Shown: in pieces, positions 33,381 to 42,606 of the stretch | Layout: each line of letters opens with the position of its first letter | How positions within the stretch are numbered: the first letter of the stretch is position 1 | Source: an uncultured Eubacteriales bacterium | Lineage (GTDB): Bacteria > Bacillota > Clostridia > Christensenellales > CAG-138 | NCBI GenBank assembly: GCA_900545265.1 | Contig: UQYI01000001.1 | Coordinates: 4,145 to 68,144 of the forward strand | Reading direction: 5' to 3' | DNA: 64,000 nt | Translations under genes and position numbers: made by a program | The notes under the pieces: generated by a model | The model's database searches: none | What the model was told of the DNA's origin: nothing | Seen by the model: the letters and a program-made list of their open reading frames with translations, nothing else

Positions 33381-34106
33381 TTACACTTTGGCGATGTATT
33401 CGTAAGGAAGTGGCACGATGGTACCGGGGGTCTGGATGGCAACGAGCTGCTCCAGCGCCGCCCTGACGATATCCGTCTGCATCTGCACGTTATGGGGTTC
33501 CCCCGCATTGGCGCCCATAGGCACCAGAGGGGCTACCGCCCGGGGTGCGCCCGTCTGCCGCACAACGGGAGGCAGGGCTGCGATGATAATGGTGGGAATG
33601 CCAACGGCTTCGATTGCTCTCTGCACCAGAACTGCAGAGCGGTGGCAGGTCCCTCACCCGGCGGTGAGGATGACGGCGTCTACATCCTCGCTTTTGAACA
33701 TTTCGGCAATCTGGGGGCCGGTGATGTGCCGGAACTTCTCCTGATTGCCGCCGCCGCCCATGAACCCTGCGTGAACCGGAGCGCAGGCCCGGATAAACCC
33801 GGCCCGGGCCAGTTCATGAATGCGATCCAGCGGAAACATACAGTTGATGTCTTTATTTACATCGGAGTTGTCATAGCCCCCGTGGGAGACCATGAGTTCG
33901 CTGGTGGGAACGGTATTTTCTATCTTGCGCCAGGTGAAATCCCCCGCCAGATTGAACCGCTCCTGATCCTTTCTGTGTATACCGGCCGCCGAAGCGATGG
34001 CAATGGACATATCCTTGAGAGCTTTAGTCACCGGGGCCCACACGGGGGGCGGGGTCACGGGCACGTAGATCTCAGACTGCAATCCTTTGACTATGGTCAG
34101 GCCCAT
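33381..34106 (-). CDS. prdB: D-proline reductase subunit PrdB, selenoprotein (UGA-Sec at 33654-33656)
   Basis: Track ORFs 33654..34106 and 33381..33626 are in the same frame, separated only by TGA. The joined reading is ...DVDAVILTAG-U-GTCHRSAVLVQRAIEAVGIPTIII...; SG/AG-U-GTC is the PrdB/GrdB-type Sec context. Joined length is 241 aa. Confidence 0.85.
33619..33656 (-). promoter_or_regulatory. UGA plus candidate SECIS hairpin
   Basis: mRNA reads UGA GGGACCUGCCACCG CUCUGCA-GUUCUGG-UGCAGAG: a perfect 7-bp stem that begins 15 nt after the UGA. Confidence 0.6.
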
Positions 34107-34405
34107 CAGAGTTCCTCCTTCATATTTTCGTTCTTTTGGCGCATCCGCTCCTTACGGAGCGCATATTCGCCTTGATTTTGTAGGTAACGCCGGTTGACTT
34201 CGGGGCCCAGCTGCTCTATGAAGCTCATGTTCCAGGCCACTTCCTGCCCCACCCGGATCTCATACTCGCTGATAAACATCCGCAGGGGGATCCGCAAAGA
34301 GCCAAGACGCCCCTTCAGGTCAATGGCTACGGCGCCGTCATGGACCTCGGTGATCACACCCTCCATGCGGATGATCTTATCGCCATACGCAAGAGGCTTT
34401 TCCAT
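34106..34405 (-). CDS. Small conserved-looking ORF between prdA and prdB (99 aa)
   Basis: Translationally coupled at both ends (TGATG overlaps with the prdA stop and the prdB start). MEKPLAYGDKIIRMEGVITEVHDGAVAIDLKGRLGSLRIPL... Confidence 0.65.
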   Translation of the reverse strand: MEKPLAYGDKIIRMEGVITEVHDGAVAIDLKGRLGSLRIPLRMFISEYEIRVGQEVAWNMSFIEQLGPEVNRRYLQNQGEYALRKERMRQKNENMKEEL

Positions 34406-36207
34406 CAGTCATATTTCTCCCGGCGCTTTTGGCTCATGGGCAGGGACTGCTCGTTGAGCTCGGTTTCTATCCGCTTTCCGGTGGCAGCCTCCATGGCCTG
34501 CAGGTTGGCGGCCTTTACTTCCGGATTCCATTTCTTTTCAGCGGCCTTTACCGGCTCCCCGGCCATGGCGTTCTTGAGCATCTGAATGGCACGCAGTGCA
34601 TCTTCGGGGCAGAGCGTGTTGCAGGCCAGCACCTCGTTTTCTATACCGGAGGCGGATTTGTTCATATCCACCATGTGGGTCATGTACTTGTTGCCCACCA
34701 CCAGAGCCCCCTGCACGGCGCAGAAGCTGAGCCCCACCACAGGGATGCCCCGCATGCCGATCTGTTCATGATGGCTGGCAAAATCGATATGGTTGTTGCC
34801 GAAGCCTTCGGTAGTTACAAAGGCGCCGTCTACATCCAGCATCTCGCACCACTGGCCTACCCGCCTGGACACATAGAACTTTTCCGCATTGATCTGGGGA
34901 GACCCTACAAAGATCACCCCGCACAGATCCAGCTCCTCGTCCTGCAGGGCCGCCAGCACCAGTGGCTCCCGCCAGTAGTGACGGCTCATCTCCTTGGAAG
35001 CGGGGCCAATGCAGGTAAGGGCGTGGATGCACCCATCCAGCACCTCCAGCGGGGATACGGCCACGGGCACGTTGCCCAGATCCACATTGGGTTTGGCCCC
35101 CAGCACGCCTACCGGCTCCACGGGAAGGATCAGATTGTCATGCATGGCCCCCTGCCCCATGATCTCCTTGACGATGACCACTTTCTTTTTGCCGGGGCGG
35201 CGGTACTGCTCAAAGGTTTCTTCGGAAACGACCAGTTCATCGCCGGCCTTTTTCAGGGCTTCCCGGATCTCCTGGGTGATCACGTCCGTAGCGGCATGAG
35301 CGGCCATGGGACCGGGACGCTCCATGTTGGTGTGCTCCTTGACGGTGACCTGGGTCTTGATAAAGATCTCTCCCTTATCCGGTGCGCCGGGGCGGCCCCA
35401 GACGATATTCTCATCCAGATAGCCTTCACTGGAACCGAACTCGCCGATCTGCACGCCGTTGGCATCGGTACCTGTGACCATCATGATCACCCCGTCCAGC
35501 ACCCGGGTGACGCCGGAACCCAGCTCGTTCTCCCCTTCTTTGGCGGCGATGGGCTGCACGTCCATAATGGTTTCGGAGTAGGTATGATAGGCATCTGGCG
35601 TGATGATATCGATCTTCAGATCGTACACCAGCGCCTGAGAAGCCACGCAGTCCTTCTCTATCCCCTCCCGGATATACAGTACGGTACCTTCCAGCCGGGT
35701 CTCCGGGCCCCGCCGGACTTCCGTGACCTTAAAATGCTTCCGTTTCAGGCTGCGCACCAGCCGGGGAGGCTGTTCCGGTGCAGCGGGTACGGCGGCAGCG
35801 GTGTTGGAAACGGCGGCGGAAACACCGCTCAGCGGGATCTCGATGTGGATATCCTTTCCCTCCGCAATATCGATGCGCAGCACGCCGCCTGCAGCGGGGA
35901 GCGCCGCCGGAGTCTTTTCTTCCTCTGCGGCAGGAGCAGGCTCTGCTTCCGGCAGCTCCTGAACGCCCTCCAGCACCTGCCGGGTCAAAGCAGTGAGGGA
36001 ATCGCAGGTCTTGGTAAGTCTGGCCCCCAGCACCTGCCGGATGGACAGGCATCCCGTCAGATCCAGCAGATTGGAATCCACCAGATCGTCAAAAATGGCG
36101 GGATCCTCCAGGTTGTGGGCCTCGATAACGGTGCCCGCTTCCGTACGGCAGCAAAGCACCGCAGGCTCCTGCTGATGCTCCCGGGCATATTCGGCTGAAA
36201 TGGACAT
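34405..36207 (-). CDS. prdA: D-proline reductase proprotein PrdA
   Basis: 600 aa. The N-terminus MSISAEYAREHQQEPAVLCCRTEAGTVIEAHNLEDPAIFDDL resembles PrdA as I remember it. Its position between prdC and prdB fits. It includes the region HALTCIGPASKE expected around the processing Cys. Confidence 0.8.
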   Translation of the reverse strand: MSISAEYAREHQQEPAVLCCRTEAGTVIEAHNLEDPAIFDDLVDSNLLDLTGCLSIRQVLGARLTKTCDSLTALTRQVLEGVQELPEAEPAPAAEEEKTPAALPAAGGVLRIDIAEGKDIHIEIPLSGVSAAVSNTAAAVPAAPEQPPRLVRSLKRKHFKVTEVRRGPETRLEGTVLYIREGIEKDCVASQALVYDLKIDIITPDAYHTYSETIMDVQPIAAKEGENELGSGVTRVLDGVIMMVTGTDANGVQIGEFGSSEGYLDENIVWGRPGAPDKGEIFIKTQVTVKEHTNMERPGPMAAHAATDVITQEIREALKKAGDELVVSEETFEQYRRPGKKKVVIVKEIMGQGAMHDNLILPVEPVGVLGAKPNVDLGNVPVAVSPLEVLDGCIHALTCIGPASKEMSRHYWREPLVLAALQDEELDLCGVIFVGSPQINAEKFYVSRRVGQWCEMLDVDGAFVTTEGFGNNHIDFASHHEQIGMRGIPVVGLSFCAVQGALVVGNKYMTHMVDMNKSASGIENEVLACNTLCPEDALRAIQMLKNAMAGEPVKAAEKKWNPEVKAANLQAMEAATGKRIETELNEQSLPMSQKRREKYD

Positions 36208-36225
36208 ATCCTGTTCCCTCCTTGG

Positions 36226-37569
36226 TTAAAAATCTATCTCCTGGCTCACCTGCTTGGAGGTTTTGAGCCGTCTGTACAGGGGATGGCCTATGGCCCGCAT
36301 GACATGATCCGTCATATGCAGCACCTTCAGCCCCATTTTAGGCCCGGAGGCCATGACCGTATTGGAGCAGTCCGAGCAGTTGCCGATAAGGATATACCGG
36401 CAGCCGTCCTTTTTGAACTGCAGGTTATTCTGCACCTGCCCGGGGCAGTTGCCGGGCCGCTCGCACTTTAAGGGCGCACCGGGTTTATTCTCTATGGCCT
36501 GTTTGCACCGGCAGACGGAGGCCACCCGGCCGTGCATCTTTTCGGCCAGCTCCCGCATCCGGGCTTCGCTGCCCCCGCAGGCGCATACCAGCAGCCCAAC
36601 GGGCGCCCCGTGAAGATCCGGAAAGTCTGCCGAAACCAGAATGGCTCCGGTGGTTTTGGCAACGGGTTCCTCCCGGGAAACGGAACGGCCCGTGAAGGCT
36701 CCCCCCATCAGGATCTCGCCATAGGGGCATACATCCGTATCGATTCCCCCGGCACGTTCCAGCAGAGCGCCCACCGACACGCCTACAGGCACATCCATAA
36801 ACACATGCGCGCCGCTGCCTCCGTGCAACTGGCCCCGCACGGTAAGGTTCTTGCTGAAACAGGGCCGCCGGTCCTCAACGGCTTCGGCCACCCGCAGCAC
36901 GGTTTCCGCATTGAGCACCACAGCGTTGGCAGCGGTGGGCAGCTGGGTGGTGGAAAGCTCTATGCCCAGGCACTCCCGCACCACGGCCCGTTCCTCCCCC
37001 ATGGGATAGATATCCGGGAGCAGATGCAGGGAAATATTTTTATACTCCTTCAGCAGACCATGCAGCAGACGGATCGCCCGCTCATGCTTGCGTTTAACGG
37101 CAATAATAGCCTGGCCGGCCCCGGTGATCTCCATGCAGATGGCTATGCCCCGAAGGGTCTTTTCCCCCTGTTCCTCCAGCTGGCGGATATTATGCTCCAG
37201 CCCGGGTTCGCACTCTGCGGCGTTTACCAGCACATAGCCCCCGTGAAGATCGGTATCCAGCTTTACCCCCGTGGGAAACCCTGCGCCCCCCATGCCCACG
37301 ATGCCTGCATAGCGGATAAGCTCCAGTTTGGTGACCGCTTCCGGCAGGGGAATAGGTGCAAAGGCTTCCGGCTGGATCTCATCGGGGCGGATGCAGATGC
37401 GGTCCGGCTCCAACGCCTCTACCGTGCCGTATACGCTTGAAAAGATGTTGGCCCCCAATCCCTGCGGGGCTGCCACCAGAGTCCCCTTTTCTACCCGGTC
37501 TCCCGGCTGCACGCAGGGGACGCAGGGAGCACCTACATGCTGTTTGAGCAATAGCTGTATAAGTTCCAT
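36226..37569 (-). CDS. prdC: RnfC-like electron-transfer protein PrdC
   Basis: 447 aa. MELIQLLLKQHVGAPCVPCVQPGDRVEKGTLVA, GIVGMGGAGFPTGVKL (RnfC/NuoF-like nucleotide-binding motif), and C-terminal Cys clusters. Confidence 0.8.
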   Translation of the reverse strand: MELIQLLLKQHVGAPCVPCVQPGDRVEKGTLVAAPQGLGANIFSSVYGTVEALEPDRICIRPDEIQPEAFAPIPLPEAVTKLELIRYAGIVGMGGAGFPTGVKLDTDLHGGYVLVNAAECEPGLEHNIRQLEEQGEKTLRGIAICMEITGAGQAIIAVKRKHERAIRLLHGLLKEYKNISLHLLPDIYPMGEERAVVRECLGIELSTTQLPTAANAVVLNAETVLRVAEAVEDRRPCFSKNLTVRGQLHGGSGAHVFMDVPVGVSVGALLERAGGIDTDVCPYGEILMGGAFTGRSVSREEPVAKTTGAILVSADFPDLHGAPVGLLVCACGGSEARMRELAEKMHGRVASVCRCKQAIENKPGAPLKCERPGNCPGQVQNNLQFKKDGCRYILIGNCSDCSNTVMASGPKMGLKVLHMTDHVMRAIGHPLYRRLKTSKQVSQEIDF

Positions 37570-37596
37570 GTTACCTCCTGCCGGGCAGAGAAAGTC

Positions 37597-38995
37597 TCAG
37601 TCCACCTTTTCCGTAGTACGGTTGACCATGTAGAGTACAATGCCTACAGCCATCCATACGGCAAAGGCAATGGCAGACTTGCGGCCCATATACACCGGGT
37701 TTCCGGGGATCAGCAGCAACACGAACACCGCCGCTGCCAGCAGACTGGCAAACCAGCCCATGGCCGTGCCCCCGGGAATCCGGTAAGGGCGATGGGCATC
37801 GGGCATGGTATAGCGCAGCCGCACCAGCGAAAAAGCAGTGATCATCCAGGAAAGCACAAAAGCCGCCGCCGAGAAGCAGGTAAGCGTATCTACCAGCCCT
37901 TCTCCCAGGAAGGGACCCGTCAGAGACAACGCCAGACACACCAGCAGACCGTTGACGGCCACATCGTTTTTATTCTGCCGGCTGAAAACCCTGGGGATAA
38001 GCCCTTTGCGGCCCATGGCCATGAGCAGGTTGGCGGAAGCGGCAAAAAAGCCGTTCCAGGTGGTAAGAAGCCCGGCAATGGCTCCGATAATGATCATCCA
38101 ATAAAAGATATTCCCCCACACGCCTCCATAGATATGGCGGAACAGGACGGCGGCTACGGGCTTATCCAGCGCAATAAACTCCTTCCAGGGCATGGCGGCG
38201 CCGAAGCAGAACAGCAGCAGCGCATAGAACACGCAGGCCATGGATACGGAAAGCACTACGGTTTTGCCTACCTTTTTCAGGTCGCCCCCGGCTTCCTCCA
38301 CCCCCTGGGGGATGGTTTCAAAACCGGAAAGGAAGAACGGCGCCGTGGCCAAGAATGGCCAGCACCCCGCCGAAGAAATGACGGTGGGAGCTCTCCTGAG
38401 AAACCTTTTCGTACAGGGGCTTCAGATTTTCGACCCCGCCGGCGCACAGGGCGGCTGCGGCGGCCACTACGGCGGAGCCTACCAGCAGCAGACAGAGAAT
38501 CTTCTGCACCCGGGCGGCTGCGGCCAGACCCCGGCGATTAAGCAGATACAGCAGCAGGGAAAATGCCGTGCCGATCAGAATGGTGGAAAGATAGATATCC
38601 GTACCGTACAGGGTATATAAGGGCGTGCCGGCAGTAAGCCCCGGGATCAGATATCCAAGCATGGAGGTGATCTGGATGGCCTCCCAGGGGATGATGGCTA
38701 CGAAGGCCCCAAAGGCCGCCCAGCCGGAAAACAAAGCTACCGTACGGCCGAAGGCCTTATGGGCATACACCATGCCGCCCCCGGCTTCCGGGAACATGGG
38801 CACCAGTTCGCAATAGGTCAGGGCAATGGGGATCATCATGATCACGGCCGCCAGATACCCTATGCTGGCAGGCAGAGGCCCGCCGGAACCGATCATCCAG
38901 TTGTTGATGGACACTGCCCAGCCTACGCCCACGATGGCACCAAAGCCGATGCAGAAGAAATCCAGTGCGCTGACCTTTTTTACGGTCTTTTCCAT
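37597..38995 (-). pseudogene. APC-family amino-acid permease interrupted by a 1-nt frameshift
   Basis: ORFs 38318..39103 (true start MEKTVKK at 38995, after AAAGGAG) and 37597..38352 are the two halves of one 12-TM permease. The junction reads ...GGVLAIL-G-HGAV... against ...LAILATAPFFLSGFETIPQG. One extra G in CTTGGCC (38347-38353) explains the shift. Confidence 0.75.
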
Positions 38996-39024
38996 CCTCA
39001 TGCTCCTTTTTGAAAACTTTTGGT

Positions 39025-40050
39025 TTATCCCAGCAGGAATCCCAGCTTCAGCGGGTCGTCTTTCTGCAGCACCCACTGGTTCAGCCCGGTGATATAGGCG
39101 CACCCCGTGATCTGGGGCAGCACGGCGTCAAAGCCCCCCGCTTTGGCGGTACCCACGATCTCCCCTGTGAAGCGGGAGCCGGTGATGCTTTCGTATATGA
39201 ACTTTTCGTGGAGCCCCATTTTGCCTTTGGCATACAGGGCCGCCAGTTTGGCACTGGTGCCCGTGCCGCAGGGGGAACGATCTACCTGCGCATCCCCAAA
39301 GACCACGCAGTTGCGCATGGAAGCCCCTTCCCCTGCCCGGCGGCTGTAAAACTCCACCAGATCCACGGTGGTAATGGGCAGTTCCGGGTGACGGATCCCT
39401 CCGGCGGCATTGACCTTTTTCAGGATCTCCATACCAAGGGCGCTGAGCTTTTCCGCATTGCCCGTTTCGAGGGGGATATTCAAAGCGTCTGCATCCACCA
39501 GAGCAAAGAAAGAACCGCCGAAGGAGATATCGCAGCGTATCTCCCGGCCATCGGAAAGAAGGATCTTCTGCCCTTCCCTATACAAAAATGCCGGAACATT
39601 CAGAATGGTGACCTCCTGCGCCCGGCCATTTTCCACCCGCACACGGGAGCGGATGAGCCCGGAAGGCGTATCCAGCACCACGGTGGTATAGGGCTCCGTT
39701 ACGGGCACCAGCCCCGTTTCCACTGCCATGGCGCAGACACCCATGCTGCCGTGGCCGCACATATTCAGATAGCCGCCGCTTTCCATAAAAATAACGCCCA
39801 TGTCCGCCCGGGGATCCGTAGGCGCCGTCAGCAGGGCGCCGAACATGTCCCTGTGCCCACGGGGCTCCAGCATTATGGCCCGGCGCAGATGATCCCAATG
39901 GGTCATAAGATCCTGCTTCTTTTCCATCATGGTGTTCCCCCGGAGCTCGGGGAAACCCTCATACAGAATGCGGGTGGGCTCCCCCATGGTGTGGGAATCG
40001 ATGGTCTTAAACACATACTCGCACGTTTGCAGCTTGGGCGCAAAGGTCAC
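39025..40050 (-). CDS. prdF: Proline racemase
   Basis: GTG start follows GGAGG. IDSHTMGEPTRI, the catalytic Cys contexts NMCGHG and SPCGTGTSAKLA. Confidence 0.9.
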   Translation of the reverse strand: MTFAPKLQTCEYVFKTIDSHTMGEPTRILYEGFPELRGNTMMEKKQDLMTHWDHLRRAIMLEPRGHRDMFGALLTAPTDPRADMGVIFMESGGYLNMCGHGSMGVCAMAVETGLVPVTEPYTTVVLDTPSGLIRSRVRVENGRAQEVTILNVPAFLYREGQKILLSDGREIRCDISFGGSFFALVDADALNIPLETGNAEKLSALGMEILKKVNAAGGIRHPELPITTVDLVEFYSRRAGEGASMRNCVVFGDAQVDRSPCGTGTSAKLAALYAKGKMGLHEKFIYESITGSRFTGEIVGTAKAGGFDAVLPQITGCAYITGLNQWVLQKDDPLKLGFLLG

Positions 40051-40134
40051 GGTCTGCCTCCTTTTTCCCTGAACAGGGCCCGGTCAGAAGCCCGGGAATA
40101 TATATGATCTTATGGGTGTTTTCTCCTTGCTCTT

Positions 40135-40162
40135 ATTATATGAGAGGCAGAACCCCATGTAA
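40135..40162 (-). promoter_or_regulatory. Candidate sigma-70 promoter of the prd cluster
   Basis: Minus strand reads TTACAT, a 16-nt spacer, then TATAAT, about 85 nt upstream of the prdF start. Confidence 0.4.
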
Positions 40163-40329
40163 AGCGCGGTTCTTTCAGCTTATCCAGTACAAAAACTAAT
40201 GGGTGCAACAAAAGGATAGTGAACAGAAGGTGTATCGTCCCCGTGGCAGTTATTTACCCGCTGTTGCTGCCGGATAGCAGGAGGGGCACGGTCATGGAGC
40301 AATTCAGGGGCTGATACCAGAAGGAACGG

Positions 40330-40515
40330 AAGCTGCCGGGAAGCGGGGGCGGGGCGCCGGGCGGCGGAACGCCGCTGCCCGGCCGCTTTGCGGCCGGGCC
40401 TTTGGCGCCGCAGGCGCCAAAGCCGGCGCCCCCCGGCTTTCGTATACAGACCGATCCCGTATCTGCACGGCCCATGCCCGCTGTTGGAAACCTCCTTTTC
40501 TCAAGGAGACCAGGA
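40330..40515 (+). repeat. GC-rich multi-hairpin intergenic repeat, copy A (type I)
   Basis: Hairpins GCGGCG-gaa-CGCCGC, GGCCGC-ttt-GCGGCC and CTTTGGCGC-cgcag-GCGCCAAAG. Tail GCGCCCCCCGGCTTTCGTATACAGACCGATCC ... CTTTTCTCAAGGA. The reverse complement of copy D aligns over most of its length. Confidence 0.75.
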
Positions 40516-40543
40516 GAAAAGAAAAAGGGGCCTTTTCGGCCCC
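40514..40543 (-). terminator. Rho-independent terminator after the YitT gene
   Basis: Minus strand reads GGGGCCGAAAAGGCCCC followed by TTTTTCTTTTC, 17 nt after the stop. Confidence 0.8.
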
Positions 40544-40559
40544 ATATCTTTTATGCGGT

Positions 40560-41450
40560 TTACAGATGCTTATCAAAATTGCCCAGAATGCCGCTGACGT
40601 TGAGAAACGTTACAAAGGCCCCGGGATCCGTTTCCTTGAGGATATGGCGCAGTTCCATAGCCTCGTACTGAGACATGACCATATACAGGATCTGATGCTT
40701 TTTGCCTGCAAAGGACCCCGTCCCCTCCCAGGAAGTAGCGGTGCGGTCAATGGAAGCCCGTATGGCAGGCATCACATCCTCCCGGCTGGTAATGATGATC
40801 GCCGCCACATTCCGGTTCTGAGCGTGGGTATAGTCGGTGACAAAATTGTACACTGCCACATAGATGAGGGAATAGATCACCGTGGAGAGATCATACATCA
40901 GGGCGCAGGCAGTAAACACGGCAATGTTGATCATCATGGATATCTTCCCCACGCTGAAGTTTCTGTCCTTCTGCATGAAGTACAGCCCCAGAATATCCTG
41001 TCCCCCGCCGCAGCCCCCATTCTGCAGGGTCATGCCGCAGCCATACCCCGCAATAACGCCGCCTACGATGGAAGCCGCCAGCTTATCCGTCAGAATAGGC
41101 ACAGTGGGAATGGGGATCAGTGTCAAAAACACCGTCTGAAAGGTCACGCATACCAGCGTATCCACAAAAAAGCGCTTTCCCAGCTTTTTATAGGCCAGCA
41201 CCAGCAGGGGCACGTTGATGATATACAGCAAAATACCGGCAATATCCACATTGGCCGGAATGGGGATATGGGCATAGTCTACCAGCAGGGTGCGCAGCAC
41301 CATGCCGATGCCAAGAAAGCCGCCGCTGTACAAAGAGATGGGTACGATAAACAGGTTCACCCCGGCGGCAAAAAGAAGTGTGCCCAGCACCGCCGTGGCC
41401 AGGCGCCTGCCGTAGGTTTTGAGAAAGTGCATCCTATCCGTCTTGTTCAT
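40560..41450 (-). CDS. YitT-family membrane protein (DUF161/DUF2179-like)
   Basis: Track ORF trimmed to MNKTDRMHFLK, which follows AAAGGAG. Multiple TM helices, then a C-terminal soluble domain ...ILYMVMSQYEAMELRHILKETDPGAFVTF. Confidence 0.75.
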   Translation of the reverse strand: MNKTDRMHFLKTYGRRLATAVLGTLLFAAGVNLFIVPISLYSGGFLGIGMVLRTLLVDYAHIPIPANVDIAGILLYIINVPLLVLAYKKLGKRFFVDTLVCVTFQTVFLTLIPIPTVPILTDKLAASIVGGVIAGYGCGMTLQNGGCGGGQDILGLYFMQKDRNFSVGKISMMINIAVFTACALMYDLSTVIYSLIYVAVYNFVTDYTHAQNRNVAAIIITSREDVMPAIRASIDRTATSWEGTGSFAGKKHQILYMVMSQYEAMELRHILKETDPGAFVTFLNVSGILGNFDKHL

Positions 41451-41690
41451 GAAAAAACTCCTTTTTCTGCGGTCACGCCATGGAAGTATAGCCCCGGCGG
41501 CGATCTTTGTCAACGGCTGATTTTTACGGTGGCTTTTCTGTAAAATATCTCCCTCTCCCCTGGCCTTTCCGGTGGGAGGAAAGCGAAAAATCACTTGTAT
41601 ATTTTGCGCTTATAGATTATAGTGAAGGGGCAGGCACCAGTAAAGAGCATTCAAAGCACTCTTTGCACAAGGTCTGCTCATGGAGGTTTT

Positions 41691-42575
41691 ATGTCCAACA
41701 GTAAGTATGCGGCTCTGGCAGCTACCATGGAGCATGGCAGTCTGACCCGGGCGGCTTCGGCCCTGGGATATACCCAATCCGGTGTAAGCCACCTGATACG
41801 GGCTCTGGAGCAGGAGGTAGGCTTTTCCCTGCTGAAGCGTTCCAAAAGCGGTGTGGAACTTACCCCAGAGGGAAAGCGCCTTATGCCCTATATCCAGCAA
41901 ATCCTCACCGCCGAAAAGGATATGCAGCGCCTGTGCGAGGAGCTGCGGGGCGTTTCCACCGGGCAGCTGACCGTGGGCACCTTTTCCAGCGCCGCTATTG
42001 CCTGGATGCCGGAGCTAACCCGGCGCTTTGCCGCCCTGCACCCCGGGATCTCTCTGGAGATCTACAACGATACCTATTCCCCTCTGGAGGAAGCTCTGCT
42101 GCGGGATCAGGTGGACTGTGCCTTTGTGACCGCACCCTCCCGGGAGGAATTCATCCTTTATCCCCTGTATAAAGACAGGCTCATGGCCGTTATGGACAGC
42201 GGCTGCCCGCTTTCCTCCAAAGCCCGTCTTACTGCGCAGGATCTGAAGGATCTGCCCTACATCGTCCCGGCGGAGGGCACCAACTACGATGCCGGGAAGC
42301 TCTTCCTTTCCGCCGGAGTAACGCCCACCGTCCGCTGTAATGCCGGAGACGATTATGCCGCCGCCGCCATGGCCCGAAAGGGACTGGGCTTTACCATTCT
42401 TCCGGAACTGCTGCTGCAGGACATCCTGCTGGGCGGGCTGCGCACCATTCCGCTGGCCGGTTCCGAACGGCGGATCTGCATGGCCGTAAACCGCTACCGC
42501 TACCGTTCCCCCGCCCTGCAAAGCTTTGTAAGCTTTGTTCAGGAAACCGTACCCAAGCTTATGTCCCATCAATAA
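41691..42575 (+). CDS. LysR-family transcriptional regulator
   Basis: Start MSNSKYAALAATMEHGSLTRAASALGYTQSGVSHLIRALEQEVGF (LysR HTH) follows GGAGG. Confidence 0.9.
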   Translation: MSNSKYAALAATMEHGSLTRAASALGYTQSGVSHLIRALEQEVGFSLLKRSKSGVELTPEGKRLMPYIQQILTAEKDMQRLCEELRGVSTGQLTVGTFSSAAIAWMPELTRRFAALHPGISLEIYNDTYSPLEEALLRDQVDCAFVTAPSREEFILYPLYKDRLMAVMDSGCPLSSKARLTAQDLKDLPYIVPAEGTNYDAGKLFLSAGVTPTVRCNAGDDYAAAAMARKGLGFTILPELLLQDILLGGLRTIPLAGSERRICMAVNRYRYRSPALQSFVSFVQETVPKLMSHQ

Positions 42576-42606
42576 TTCAATCAAATCAACGTAAAGGAGT
42601 AAACGT

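Noticed and set aside
34429-37440. Plus-strand ORFs 34429-36198 (589 aa) and 36532-37440 (302 aa) opposite prdA and prdC
   Set aside because: Antisense shadows of genes with recognisable Prd motifs and tight operon coupling. They have no independent signals.
40051-40330. Sigma-54 (-24/-12) promoter upstream of the prd cluster, as in PrdR-controlled operons
   Set aside because: I found no TGGCAC-N5-TTGC-like element on the coding strand, only a sigma-70-like TTACAT/16/TATAAT.
40254-40671. Small ORFs (73-90 aa) in the prdF-YitT spacer, and similar ORFs at 43733-44057, 48816-49234, 58276-58871 and 59384-59833
   Set aside because: All lie within the GC-rich hairpin repeats and translate to Pro/Gly/Ala/Arg strings on both strands. 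They are a by-product of palindromic GC-rich DNA.
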